Below are positions 1 to 12,202 of a DNA stretch of 64,000 bases, piece after piece. A program made the translations under genes and the position numbers. Source of the stretch: Folioceros fuciformis (lineage: Eukaryota). Below the pieces are notes generated by a model. The model made no database searches. It was given only the letters and a program-made list of their open reading frames with translations, and was not told the DNA's origin. Position 1 is the first letter of the stretch; each line of letters begins with the position of its first letter. The stretch is from positions 1 through 64,000 of the forward strand of contig JBNGIO010006060.1 of NCBI GenBank assembly GCA_049999805.1, written 5' to 3'.

Positions 1-1675
1 AACGTCGTGATGTGCAGGAACAAGTTCCTCCACTTGTACAAGAGGAGAGAGTGCAACCAGCTCCGGTCGAGGCGCCAGTACTTCGCAGGTCAGGAAGGAT
101 TTCACGTCCTCCTGACAGGTATGTTGCATCTATTGATTATGTCATGCAAACGGATTGTGGGGAGCCCTCTTGTTACCAAGAGGCCATGTCAGTGACTGAC
201 AAGGACAAGTGGGAGAAGGCGATGCAGTCGCAAATGGATTCACTCCACAAGAACCAAACTTGGGAATTGGTTCGGTTACCTAAGGGCAAAAAGGCGTTGC
301 CATGCAAATGAGTGTATAAGATGAAGGACAAACCCCATTATGGTAAACCCAAGTACAAAGCACGATTGGTTGCGAAGGGTTTTAAGCAACAGCAAGGTAT
401 TGACTTTGATGAGATTTTCTCACCGGTTGTCAAAATGACCACCTTGCGATGTGTTCTTGGTCTGGTTGCGAGGCTCGACATGGAACTTGTCCAGATGGAT
501 GTGAAGTCGGCATTTTTGCATGGTGATCTCCAGGAAGAGGTATTCATGCAACAACCAGAGGGTTTCATTGAGAAGGGCAAAGAGAATCTGGTGTGCAGGT
601 TAAAGAAGAGCCTTTATGGTTTGAAGCAGGCACCCAGGGAGTGGCATTTCAAGTTCCACTCATTTATGCTTTCTCAAGGCTACAAGCGTAGCGATGAGGA
701 TCATTGCCTCTATACGAAGCAAGCTAAGGATGGAAGCTTGCTCATTCTGGTCCTCTATGTGGATGATATGCTAATTGCTGGGACTAACAGTGATGAGATT
801 TCAACGTTGAAGTCAAAGTTGAATGGTCGCTTTGACATGACAGACTTGGGAGAGGCAAGCCATATTCTTGGCATGCGTATTCGTCGAGACAGACAGAAGC
901 GTTTGCTGTACTTGTCTCAGACTGAATACATTNNNNNNNNNNNNNNNNNNNNNNNNNNNNNNNNNNNNNNNNNNNNNNNNNNNNNNNNNNNNNNNNNNNN
1001 NNNNNNNNNNNNNNNNNNNNNNNNNNNNNNNNAGCTGTAGGGAGTTTGATGTATGCAATGATTGCTACACGTCCTGACATTGCCTTTGTAGTGGGAGTGG
1101 TTAGCAGGTTTATGTCAAACCCTGGCGGGAAGCATTGGGAGGCAGTGAAAGGAATTATGAGGTACTTGAATGGTACAAAAGCTTTGTGCTTATGTTTTGG
1201 TAGTGAAGATGCATCTGTTGTGGGCTATACGGATGCTGATTATGCAGGGGATATGGACAAAAGGAGGTCCACATCAGGTTATGTCTTCATGTGCACTGGA
1301 GGGGCAGTTTCATGGCGATCGCGTTTGCAATCGTGCATAACGCTTTCTACCACAGAGGCCGAGTATGTTGCAGCGACTGAGGCGTGCAAGGAAGCCATGT
1401 GGCTTGCTCGTTTAGTGGGAGATTTGGGGATCAAGGTTGAGCTGCCAGTGTTGCATTGTGATAGCCAGAGTGCTATCCAATTGGCAAAGAATCCAGTGTT
1501 TCATGCGAAGACCAAACATGTGGAAGTGAAGTATCACTTCATTCGAGAGGTGTTGGAAGACAAGAGGGTACAACTTGTCAAAGTTCACACCAGTCAGAAC
1601 CCTGCAGATGTTCTTACCAAGGGGCTCTCTTTGGAGCAATTCGCACAAGATCGGACACTCATGGGCATGAGGTAG
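1..1675 (+). mobile_element. Ty1/copia LTR retrotransposon pol, 3' part (reverse transcriptase + RNase H), defective
   Basis: Copia RT motifs KARLVAKGF, QMDVKSAFLHG, LKKSLYGLKQAPR and LYVDDML; RNase H motifs GYTDADYAG, EAEYVA, LHCDSQSAI and NPADVLTK. In-frame TGA at 309-311 where CKWVYK is expected. Assembly gap at 933-1032. Confidence 0.96.
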
Positions 1676-1705
1676 ATCACTCTCCTATCAAGGTAATTGG
1701 CCTTT

Positions 1706-2015
1706 AAGGGGGCGGTTGTAGGGTTATTAAAGCCCAATGTGCCTAGACTAATGTGTTTAGTCTAAGATTCGTGTCTAATTAAGTATCATTAGTTTAGATT
1801 AGCTTAAGCTAATCTCTAGGAAGCTTCTTGTGCAGCTTCCTATGGGCTTCTTGTGAAGCTTCCTAGGGAGCTCTTCTAGAGGGTATAAATACCTCCTTGA
1901 GCTCCCTTGTATGTGTGACTCTATTGTGAGAGTTTGACCTTTCTTTCTCCTCTTCTCCTTGCCTCCTCCTCTCCTTCTCCATGTAGCTCCTAGAGCGTTC
2001 TTTTCAATGTGTACA
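1706..2015 (+). mobile_element. Polypurine tract and probable 3' LTR of the copia element
   Basis: Purine-rich AAGGGGGCGG (1706-1715) lies just after the pol stop, followed by TG at 1717, TATAAAT at 1884-1890, a CT-rich stretch and a candidate ...TGTGTACA end at 2015. The right boundary is inferred because the 5' LTR is outside the window. Confidence 0.65.
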
Positions 2016-3874
2016 GTTACGCTAACCTGGTCACTGAGCTAGAAATGCTGGCCTCGCTGCACCTATGGAAGCCAGTTCACGATGTGAAGTGGAAGCCCGT
2101 TGAGCCAGCAAGGGCTGCCTCCAGCAGTTGGGAAGCTGACGGTGGGAATAGCTCGCACGAGGAAACCGCAGTCAAGCCCAGGAAGAGGATGGCGCCACAA
2201 AAGAAGACTCCTGCCAAGAGGAAAAGGACCAGGGGACGAAGTGTGAGCATGGGGGCTGATCAGGAGGAAGGGGGGACAACCCTGGAGCAGACGGGTCAGC
2301 AGGAGGCAGAACGAGAACCAGCTGTCTAGGGAATCAAGGACCGAAGGTTGGAGGAGCAAGGTCAGGGTGAGACAAGACCCGAGGAGCCACAGGATCAGGT
2401 GATGGCAGCCGACATAGTTTCCTCCAGACAGGAAGATAAGTTAGGGCACGTTTCAGCACAAGAGGGTTTCTCAAGGTGGAAGGACATTTTCAGGTGCAGG
2501 CCTCAGAGAGACAGGTTGCAGGTGGGGGACCTGGACAAGTTGCGAGAATTCTTGGGCAGACAAATTACGGCGAGAGGAATGGGCATCGGAGGGGTGCAGG
2601 AGGTGGACCTACCCGGGCTGACTGCTGCGATGGTGCAAGCCCAAGCAGACCTCCTGGATCAGGCTGCTAGGGCCCTGACATGGTTAAGTGTACAAGCGGA
2701 GCGAGAGGCCGAGGCTCGGGGAAAGGAGGAGAAGGCTCGTGAGCGAGAGGCTGAAGCAAGGAGGCAGCTGGCGGAGTCGTAGACAGCGTGGCAACTGTTG
2801 GAGGAGAAGCAGCGGGTCCTGGACAGGGAGAAGGCTCAAGCCGAGGAAGAGGCGCGCGAGGCGAGGGCTGAAGTGCAGGCGCTGAAAGAGCAACAGGGGA
2901 CCCTGCTAGCTCAGGTGAGGGAGGCTCACGAGACTAACCTGGAGATGCAACAGGAAATGGCCAAGGCACAGGAGATGGAGATAGCCGCTGTGGAGCAGGC
3001 TCAGAAGTTGGCTGACAGATACAAGCGGGGGCGGGATGAGGCCAGAGAGAGAGTGAAGGGGAAGGGCAAGGCTGGGCGTTCGAGTCAATCGGCGACCCCG
3101 GTAGCAGAAGGGGCTACCGGTAGCCGAACCAGGGGAACGGTAGTCCACGGGACTACCGATAGCCCTATAGTCCACGGGACTACCGGTAGTCGGGTAGCCG
3201 ACGGGGCTACCGGTGGCCCAGCAAGGCCCAAGATAGCTAAAGAACCAACCCTGGAAACGAAGGAGGAAGCAGTAGGGGCGCCTGTCCCTAGGCGCTCCAG
3301 GAGGGTGACCCGTACCAGGCGGACAGAGCCGGAGGAGGCAACAGCTAGGCAGGCAGAGAACCTTCAGGTACCCCAGCAGGAGGGGGAGTAGGCAACCCGA
3401 GGTAGCCCAAGGGAGGACGGGGTAAGCACCTCTGTTATGACAGAAGGTCGGATTGTGCTACAGTATGAGGAGGAGGCCTCCTATGTGCCAGGCCTGTATG
3501 TAGAAGGGGCCAGGGTTTTGAAGCTGTTTTTGTATGTACGTATGGGCACAGGAGGGACGCGGGGCTACGGCCTACAGTTGAGGACGTGCCTGGGACTCTA
3601 CCACTACAGCTGGTGGGTGACAAGACTGCCCCACTGCTATGCGGAGGCAGTTCTGGAGGAATTGACGGAAGAGGAGGCCCAGTGCTGGGTAGAACGGGGG
3701 CCTGTGGCTGTCCTCAGCAACCAGAGAAGGAGGAGGAGTGGTGGACCACAGCGGCGGGACCCACCTGTGCCGCAGCCAGGTCCAGCAGTAGCAGCAGTGA
3801 TGTGGAGAACTTTGGGAGGATCTGCCGGACCAACGGAGGGGCAGAAGAGCGAGAGGAGGAGCAACAAGGAGTGA
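2016..3874 (+). pseudogene. Decayed long coiled-coil ORF, probably an accessory ORF of a Ty3/gypsy-like element, truncated 5' by the copia insertion
   Basis: ORFs 2009-2329, 2348-2782, 2798-3391 and 3437-3874 are all in one frame, separated only by single TAG codons (2327, 2780, 3389). The product is E/R/A-rich coiled coil with no introns. TE origin is inferred from context. Confidence 0.55.
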
Positions 3875-4948
3875 CGCGCGAAGGCTAGGAGGAAGTCGCC
3901 AACGGCGTGGGAAAGGGCGATAGTAAATGCAGGCTAGAATAGGATTTTTTTAGCGTGCTTTATTTGGACCTAAGTCGCTCATAATTTAAGAGCGCAGCTC
4001 CCCTGCCTAACAGACTTCATGGCGGAAAAAACCGCCATCACCGTGTACAAGAGGCTGGTTTGAAGGCCTAAGAAATCAGCAAGAACCAGCCGAACAGTCG
4101 ACCTTGCAGGGACCTAGCGATGGCCGTTGCTGGACAGGAGGTCCAGGCAAGTGAGCGCACGTAGCAACCTGGGGTGCGGGTGTAGGTGGTGGGCGCTCCG
4201 TGATCAGGTCGGGGGACGAATCGGGAGGAGGAGCCTCGCCGAGGGGGAGAGAAGCTCCCCAGCTATCCTCGAGGTGGTCACGTGGGGTGGTGCGGGTGTC
4301 GGAGCCGAATCCGCGAGTTCGGATTGGAAGGGACTCCTCTTCCCTTAGCCCCAGTACCTCACCATTCCTCAAAGTTAATAGGAGCCCAGGAGGGGCATCG
4401 CTGAGAAAGAAGACTGAAGAACTGGAGAAAGGAGAGCGCGAGAGTGCGCGTGTGTGAGAAGGAGGAGGAGCGAGTGGCCGAGTAGTGGGTAAGAGCGAAT
4501 GTGAAAAGGACGCCATAAGGAGTGGAAGCAGGAAGTGAAGCGGAGTGGAAGTGATTGGACGACTATTAAGACGGGCAGAACGTATACAGAGGACTGGTGA
4601 GAGGGGTAAGAGAGAACAAATCCGGGGAAACCCTGGAGGCGAGGTGAGTAATGTGTGTGGGGTGCAACGAGACGTGGTGTGTATGTGTGACTGGTCGCGA
4701 TGAGACTGGAGAGGCTGTGAAGAAGCTGAATTGAGACCGCAGGGGGTGTATCTAAGGTGTGAGATCACGCGGGTGGAAGGCGTCCAACAGATTGCTGCTG
4801 TTCATGTGTGCGTGCGCTTGTTCTTGAGGTGAGTGAGGCGGTTTTGTGGTGAACTAAGGAAGGTAAGCGCAAAAGGGGATGCGCAGGCAGGAGGTAATCA
4901 GTCGGGTAGGAACGACCCGATGGGAGAGAGAAAACCCTAGAGAGAGGG

Positions 4949-4951
<3 letters not shown>

Positions 4952-4985
<34 letters not shown>

Positions 4986-5170
4986 ACCCACGAGCGGTAG
5001 ACCGTCAGGCGACCGTCGCCCGAAAGGCGACGGAGGTAGCCCAAAAGGCGACGGAGGTAGCCCGAAAAGCGACGGAGGTAGTCCAGGGGGCGATAGTAGT
5101 AGTCCATTGGGGAACGGAGGGTAGCCCAGTGGGCAACCAAGAGTAGTCCAGGGGGAGGTAGTCCCTGGGG
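4952..5170. repeat. (GA)n microsatellite followed by a 21-bp tandem repeat (GGCGACGGAGGTAGCCCRAAA x3, then degenerate)
   Basis: Seen directly at about 4952-4981 and 5026-5090. GGTAGYCC motifs recur here and at 3110-3215. Confidence 0.85.
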
Positions 5171-5607
5171 CGACTGGGTGGTTGAGGGGTCGTCTGGTGG
5201 GAGAAGTAAGGGGGCTTGGTAAGGTCCGAGCACTGGACGTGTGTGTGTGGGTCGGTCGAGCTTTAGGTGTTAATTGACTTTAGAAGCTAACCTGTGTAGT
5301 TTAACACAAATCATTCCCTTGAGATCGAATCCCTGAGCTACAACGACATAGAGGGCTTGTGTGGACCTCGCGGTACCCCCGGGTACCATATTTTAACCCC
5401 ACACCACCATCATGCCATACTGTAGATTGGGGTGAGGGACACAGATGAGTGCGCAAGTCTCGAATGTGAGGGCACATGCCATTGTGCATATTGTGGTAAG
5501 GGTCATGGATGAGTGTATATGTCAAGAACGCAATGTCACGCTTTCATTCCAATGCTCTTGGATGAATGTTGGATACCTTTGCAATGTCTTCTTAGCCCAA
5601 TCCACAC

Positions 5608-5685
5608 AAGTTCTGACTTTTCTAAGACCCAATGCACATAAGTTTTGACTTTTCTAAGACCCAATGCACATAAGTTCTGACTTTC
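5608..5685. repeat. 32-bp tandem repeat, about 2.4 copies
   Basis: AAGTTCTGACTTTTCTAAGACCCAATGCACAT at 5608 and 5640, partial copy at 5672. Confidence 0.9.
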
Positions 5686-6062
5686 GTTAAAATAGAATTG
5701 CTTAGCAGCCTATGGTAGTCCCTCCCCTCATGGCGGGAAAGCAGATTCCCTTCAGATCTGCCCTTATATCTAGCCTCACCAGACTTCTACCCTAGTACTC
5801 TCCTTCACCAAACTTCTACCCCCATTCATCACTACTCTCCTTTGACGAACAACCCACGCAACAAGTTGATTGCCCTCCATGTCTACAAGCTCCACTCAGC
5901 CTCCATCCATGTGCACACCTAGTCTTCTAGATTAACATTTGGTCACGAATGACTTGACCACGTTGGCAGTGCACCCTCACCCTAAGTGAGGGAGAGATGG
6001 TAGATACTCCATGAGAAAAGAATATATTAGGTAGACAGAGGGGTTGTCTTCTTTGGTATGCC

Positions 6063-6420
6063 ATAATATCCTCCTCGCCAAAGGAAACATGTTTACAGAA
6101 TGAACAATACTTTCCTCACCAAAGAGTACATGCCTGCATACCCTCTTTCACACCACCACACACATCACATGTGACTACTCTGGTGCTTGGATGAACAATA
6201 TCCTCCTCGCCAAAGGGAACATTTTCACAAGATGAACAATACCCTCCTCGCTAAAGAGAACATTTTCACAAGACAAACAATATCCTCCTCGCCAAAGAGG
6301 GCATATTCACAGGACAAACAATACCCTCCTCCGTAAAGAGGACATGTTCACATAGCAAAAAAACCATACACCTCGGATTTAGAGTTTAGGGGTTTAGCGA
6401 GGACATATTCACATGACAAA
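6063..6420. repeat. Degenerate minisatellite with a unit of about 40-41 bp
   Basis: Recurrent AACAATATCCTCCTCGCCAAAGRGRACATKTTCACA-like units, about 6-7 copies. Confidence 0.85.
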
Positions 6421-7631
6421 AAAACCAACGTGTATGGGCTACTATCTTGCTCTCGTACTCTTTCTTCTGTAAATCACACTGCTTAACTCACTTCAGTAGT
6501 GTTACATCGCAATTGCCCTCCATTTGTTCACAAGCCTTATGTATAGTATGTGAATAATAGAGGGTATCAATGTTTTTTACTTGGGTCTTATGGGCCCACA
6601 AAAAGGTGGCCCAAAATGCCAAGTCAATATTGGACCTAAACTACCTAGCATCTTGTTCACATGATTGGCCACTCCTATCTCATTTCCTTGTGTGCTCTCC
6701 TTTGTCACTTGTTAGTTAGCTCATTATTTTTAAGCTTTTGGCTATGGACGAAGTTAGGGTTTTTTTCTCCCGGCCATTCTTTAAAGATGTTCTTGAAATA
6801 AATTTCTAAGCCAATGTTCTTGCATGTACAGTGATGATATGTTATAAGTAATGTGATGAGCTCATTTATAATGTTGATAATGACTATAGGTAGTTTAATA
6901 GTTAAGGCTACAAGACCATGTGTTTTTAGGGTTTCATACAAAGCACCTAGCCATGAAGGTCTTTGAGAGAGGTTGCATTTGCAAGTATAGCAAATGCTAT
7001 CACCTTCAATATAAGATAAGACGTGGAGACGACAATATAACAATATTATATGACTTATAGTACAACTTTCATGGTTTTGGTTGAGCAACTTTCAAGAACT
7101 TCAATTCAACTTGAGAATGCTAATGCAACAGTGTTGTGTCGACTTAGGTGAGGGTTGCCCCTATCAAGGGATTGTGAAATATAGTGTAGGTGAGGCAATA
7201 GTGGTACAATACACAAAGGTTGTATTGACTATCTTGAGTGGTCCCAAGAAATTATCTGGCGTCTTTCATTAACATTCTATCAAGACAACATAAGTAAGCC
7301 ATTTTGACAAAGTTCGAAGAGTGTACACTACCACCTAACATTGTGCGTGGTATGGACAACTCTTTGATCAAGTTCATTGCTAAGCTATCACCAAGATACA
7401 CACCCACATCATATCATTGCAAGCATTATAATATGCATTATATTGTTCTACAAGCTGTATATGAATATGAAACTTGCTTGTTTTTAGGTATATGTGTGAA
7501 AAATTATATAGGAATTTTACAAAATAGTAATGTATGACAACATCTAATGTTACAATGTACATAATCTATACTGCCACAAGTAGATTTTTTGGTGACCAAT
7601 ATCTTTTTCCTTTACACGTTCCACATAGGAT

Positions 7632-8118
7632 GGGTTATAGCCCTCAGCTTTTGAAATTACTTTCTCCTAGCTTTATAGGTTCCCACCAATAGAGAGGATG
7701 GCTGCTTTAGTGCTAGTGTTATACGACACTAACGTTATACACCATTGTTACAAGAGTTTTCATAGTTAGAAGTAAAAGCTTTTACATCATAGTTTGTCAA
7801 AGTTGATACTTTCAATCCATAGGGTTATAACCCTTCCTTTTGAAATTGTTTTCTCCTAGCTTTGTAAATTCCCACTAATAGCGAGGATGGGTGCTTTAGT
7901 GCTAGTGTTATACAGCACTAACGTTATACACCATTGTTACAAGGGCTTCCATGGCTTAAAGTCAAACCTTCCAAGCCATATTTTGTCAAAGTTGATACTT
8001 CCAATCCATAGAGACTACGAATGTCAAACTTTTTTAACTTCTCCTTCGCTTTGTCAAAGTTGATACTTCCAATCCATAGAGACTACGGATGTCAAACTTT
8101 TTTAGCTTCTCCTTCGCT
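7632..8118. repeat. Nested direct duplications (about 190 bp x2, then 68 bp x2)
   Basis: 7632-7821 matches 7822-8011, and 7982-8049 matches 8050-8117. Confidence 0.85.
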
Positions 8119-8570
8119 TTAGCCAAAATTTGGGAGATGGTCTCCCTTGTAGCCCTCACCCCGCATAGCTTACAGCAACATCCCACGAGATGTTGCAACA
8201 GTGGGCCAGTTAACGGTTTCTTGTTATGCAACCGGGATTGCTTTTGACCAGTAGCAATCCTTGTTACCGAAAGCGTGTCAATGATGTGGCATCCAAATAC
8301 CCCATACTCCATGGCTGATTTTAGTGACAGCGGTGCTGCTCACTAGTCTCCCACAGGATGTTGCAGCGGAAGGCCGATGTAATGCTTTCTTGTCATGCAA
8401 CTAGGATTGCTTTCAGTCGACAACAATCCTCGTTACTGAAAGCGCGTTAATGATATAGAATCCAAATACCCCATACCTTATGGCTGATTTTCGTGACAGC
8501 GGTGCTGCTTGTTAGTCTCGCCCATGCAATACGTCGAACTCATCACAGCCTAAAAAGATGAATAGAGCGC
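8092..8570 (-). pseudogene. Decayed genomic copy of the RPL10A 5' region (upstream sequence, exon 1, intron 1, start of exon 2), partly duplicated
   Basis: Translation [18 protein letters not shown] vs [18 protein letters not shown] in RPL10A. Intron and UTR strings GCAATCC.GTTACCGAAAGCG, ATCCAAATACCCC and ATGGCTGATTTTAGTGAC..GGTGCTGC match 14500-14740. Confidence 0.9.
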
Positions 8571-9199
8571 AAATTGTTGGGTATCATTGTCACCCTAATT
8601 GTTTGTCATGATTTTAGGTTTGGTAATCGATGGAGGTTAAAAAGTTGGACGTGCTTATGTTTCTAGTAGTGTGTCCAACTTTTTATGCCCAACCAATGGA
8701 GCTATAAATTGTCAAGGAAAGTTCTTAAAAATTTCTAGACATGTGTAGATGATATCATATGGCTCAAACCCTTGAATCTTACAACACTTTGAATAGCCCT
8801 GATGTGGAAGCATGTTATTCAAGTTTTTAGTATAATACTCTCATCAAGAAGAGGCTGTGGAAATTGTTTGACCTCCTAGAAGGTCGAGTGTTAGTAGGTT
8901 TTCAAACTTCAGAGAGCTTTTAATGAAAAGTATATGAAGATACAAGCTTATGTTGTAGTGAAGCGGTATGCCAAGCTTTCTCATATGGAGTATGGGCAAA
9001 TATTTGCCTAGTTGCGAACTTCAATTCCATACTTTGTATGTTGTCAAACAATAGTTGTAATTTTTTACCTTGAAATTTTATGTATGTTATTTTCTATTAT
9101 TGAAAAACAAATGAAAATGCTGAAATGCTTGTAGATTGCCCATTCATTGTGTAGAGCGTGTCGCCTAGTTTGTTTGATGTCACTGCTCTTAATTAGGAA

Positions 9200-9700
9200 T
9201 GTAGCAAATGCAAATACATCTCTACGCCAAGTGTGGAGAAGGAAATGCGGACAGCTTTCATTTCGTGGATGTGTGTACCATATTTCATTACGAGGATGGG
9301 AGAGCTATCTCAAGCTCCCACAAGCTATTCTGTGATGAGTAGTAAGAAGAACGCAATTGTTGCTGGGGGACCTCTATTTCCCAAAGATGATATGGCTTGC
9401 AAACTCATGAGGTATAACTCACTCAATCTTGGTGAGGCACTTCAGTTGATGCCTTGTGTCTCACAATGTGTGTTCTTTTATAGGTTATCGTGTGCTTCTA
9501 GGTCTTCAGACTTACGTAATCCATAGTTAGAGGTAATTTGTGCTCCACAATCATCAAGCTTGGTTGCAAATAGGAGGTCACGGATAATGAAGGGTGAGAG
9601 TACTATGCATGGTTGTCAAGCTCATTTTACAGTAAAACAATTGTTGCTATGGTCAGAAGTTGGACAACTAATATTGTATGAGGACAAGATATACAGGTCG
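9200..9700 (+). mobile_element. Relic of a Mutator-like (MULE/SWIM-family) transposase N-terminus
   Basis: Degenerate peptides TAFISWMCVPYFI, RLSCASRSSDLR and KGESTMHGCQAHFTVKQLLLWSEVGQLILYE. From memory these resemble the plant SWIM/MULE-type motifs ALIPxxRVxxFI, YWCSFGPE and RGCxCHFxVKRLxxxPxxALIIY. Stops are present and no DDE domain is visible. Confidence 0.55.
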
Positions 9701-11384
9701 TAGGTGGTGAGTGGGCACCTCTCTTCTCCTTGTAGAGCAACGTAGGGGACAACAAGATGAAAAGAGTGGTACCCTTTTTCTCACTCCCCAAGAAGAAAAA
9801 GAAGCAAGTGAAGTGGAACCTTGGTAGTAGGAACCTAGGTAGGAACCAAATAAGAGGTCTATGAAAGAGAACGTGTCTCTATCCCCACTCTCGCTGCTTT
9901 AAACCAGAAGCCACCTCCCTGACACCTCCTCCTTAGTCTTGCTCGAGTTCACAAAACACAAAAGCAAAGTGCACGACAAAATCATTAGCAGTAGCAACAT
10001 CCGGGTGGTGGACACCTCGGAGCCTTCCCTCTTGTTGGGTGAGCCCAGTGCTATGGAGTGTTGGTTCCCGCCCCCTTTCCCTCTCCCTCCCTTAAACACC
10101 CTCACCTAGCAGCATCCCCGCACCTCCATCACTCACATACACTATTCTTCACCCACTGGGCCCTCACAAATTCTTCTTGCCCGCCTAATACTCCCTTCCC
10201 CCACCTTGTCGCCTGTCTTTGCCAGCTAGCCACACTTAATAGCAAAATTTGCCATAGGAGAGTGACATTTAATGCATGCACCACCCCAATTTCCCAAACA
10301 TCCTCCCATCCGGACTCTAGAAATTACAGCAACCATACCTTGGTAAGGCCATCGTCGTTCCCCCGCCTCCACCTCTTGGGAGCTAGGTCCTTGAAGTTGG
10401 AATCCTCCGCAACCTCGTCTTGATTCTCATCTTCCTGCTCATCGTCCATCTCGACTATTTCTGCTGAAGCAAACTCAAAACTCAAAACTAGTTTCACTAG
10501 AGGAAGTTAATACACGACCGGGCATATTCGGGGGAGAAGTTAGTAGGTATAGGAGAGAGGAGAGATGGAGAGCGGGCTCACCATGCCATGGAGGTGGCTT
10601 GCCCTCCGGATGGCTAGGCTATCTATAGCTTCAATCGTTGGATGAACATGTGCTCTAAGTTTGCAAGTTGGTGAAAGCCCTAGATGGCTAAAGACAATCG
10701 AGACGCGAGTGTCTATATCATTTAAGTTTATTAAATAATAAGAATAATATAAATTCTATCAATATTATTTTATATTTATTAATTTTAAAAATTATATTAT
10801 ATTGATTTCATAAGTCGGAACATGCTAATCTTATCTAATCTTCTTTTTAATTTGATTTGATTTGATTGATTTGGAGCCAATCTTATTTATGGTTCTTATA
10901 AGACTTTTTTCTTCTTATCGGGTCGGAAATGCAAGCGCAAGAATAGTCTTTGAAGTATCCTAGGTGCCAAATGTCTCCGTGGGTGAGGGTATGAGGCACC
11001 CTCCCTTCATGGCTAAGGCTATATTAATCGTCTTTATTGGATTAAAAAATAGTTTTTAATAAACTATGGTCATATTAATCTTCTTTTTGTTGTTCCAATT
11101 TCATTGAATTTTCTTAGATGGGTCTATGTCATGCTGATATTCTCTGTATCTTTTTAATTGTATTGAAATTTTATTCATTTTTAAATAGAATTCATTAGTC
11201 GTTGGCATGTCTATAGTATGCGTTTATGCGCGGTAGAAAAAAAAATCTTTCTAGAAATATGAATTCCAGCTATGCATTGGCATCCCAAGGTGTGAACTAG
11301 TTGTAGTGACCTTTTGGCATTTCAAGGTGTGAACTAGTTCTTTAATTTATTGGCTGGGATTAGCACTGGGCCTTCTTAATGTTG

Positions 11385-12150
11385 ACGACTTGAAGGATGC
11401 TCGTATCGTGTTTGATGGATTTAAGCAGAAAACGCTGGCGGCATGGAATCCATCACGGCGAAATATGCCCAGCAGCGCAAGGGTGAGGTGAGGAAGCGCT
11501 TGAACTTATTAGTGCTTTGAAAGAAAGCATCCCTCTTCCAGATTGAATAGCATTCGTGTGCCTGTGACAAGTGTGGGAACCCAGGCTTTGGAGAAGGGAG
11601 GGCAGCCTCATGCACAGATTTTAGTGCCAGAAAGGTCGAATACACTTTTTTGAGGCCAACAGTGTGCTGACCATAGATGCAGAGTGCGGCAGCCAAGAGG
11701 ATGGCGCGCTTGTTTGACGGACTAGGTCGGAAAACTGACACGGAATGCCATAATGGCAGGATATTGGAAGGATGTGCACTGAACGTCCTACAGTTTGGTG
11801 CTGTGTTGTGGAGTCTGTAGCTGTTGAGGTAGTATTACCTCTGCATCAATGTGGAGCTCCTGCTTTCAATGTTAAGTACACTATCAGGATCCAGAGTCGG
11901 AAATACTCCCATGCATTGCTCAATGCCAGTAACAGATGCGTGTAAAGTACCGTCACTTTTAGCAAAACCTCCTGCTTTTTTGGGAGAACAGCTTACGGAG
12001 ATGGAGTTCCAAGCGGGCACAGCCCGCCAGAGGCAAGAGATGGTCTCCAAACCGGTCAAAGTCTGTCCACCTCATTTTCCCTAGCTCCAGAAATTGATGC
12101 TAGTGGTGGTCACATATCTGTCACTTCCCAACTCGGTCTGCTCGGCTGTG
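11385..12150 (+). pseudogene. PLS-class PPR gene relic
   Basis: Frameshifted pieces DLKDARIVFDGFKQKTLAAWN, ITAKYAQQRKGE, ALELISALKESIPLPD*IAFVC, ALEKGGQPHAQIL and AECGSQEDG..LFDGL match PLS PPR motif consensus. Confidence 0.75.
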
Positions 12151-12202
12151 GCTGGACTTGCCTTGCCAGAGGAATTGCATTTACATACACATTTCTACTA
12201 GC

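Noticed and set aside
784-1080. ORFs spanning the N run
   Set aside because: Artefacts of the assembly gap at 933-1032.
6375-6400. Telomere-like TTTAGGG variants (also near 21885, 38881 and 55505)
   Set aside because: Only one to three degenerate units each, which is too little for an interstitial telomeric array.
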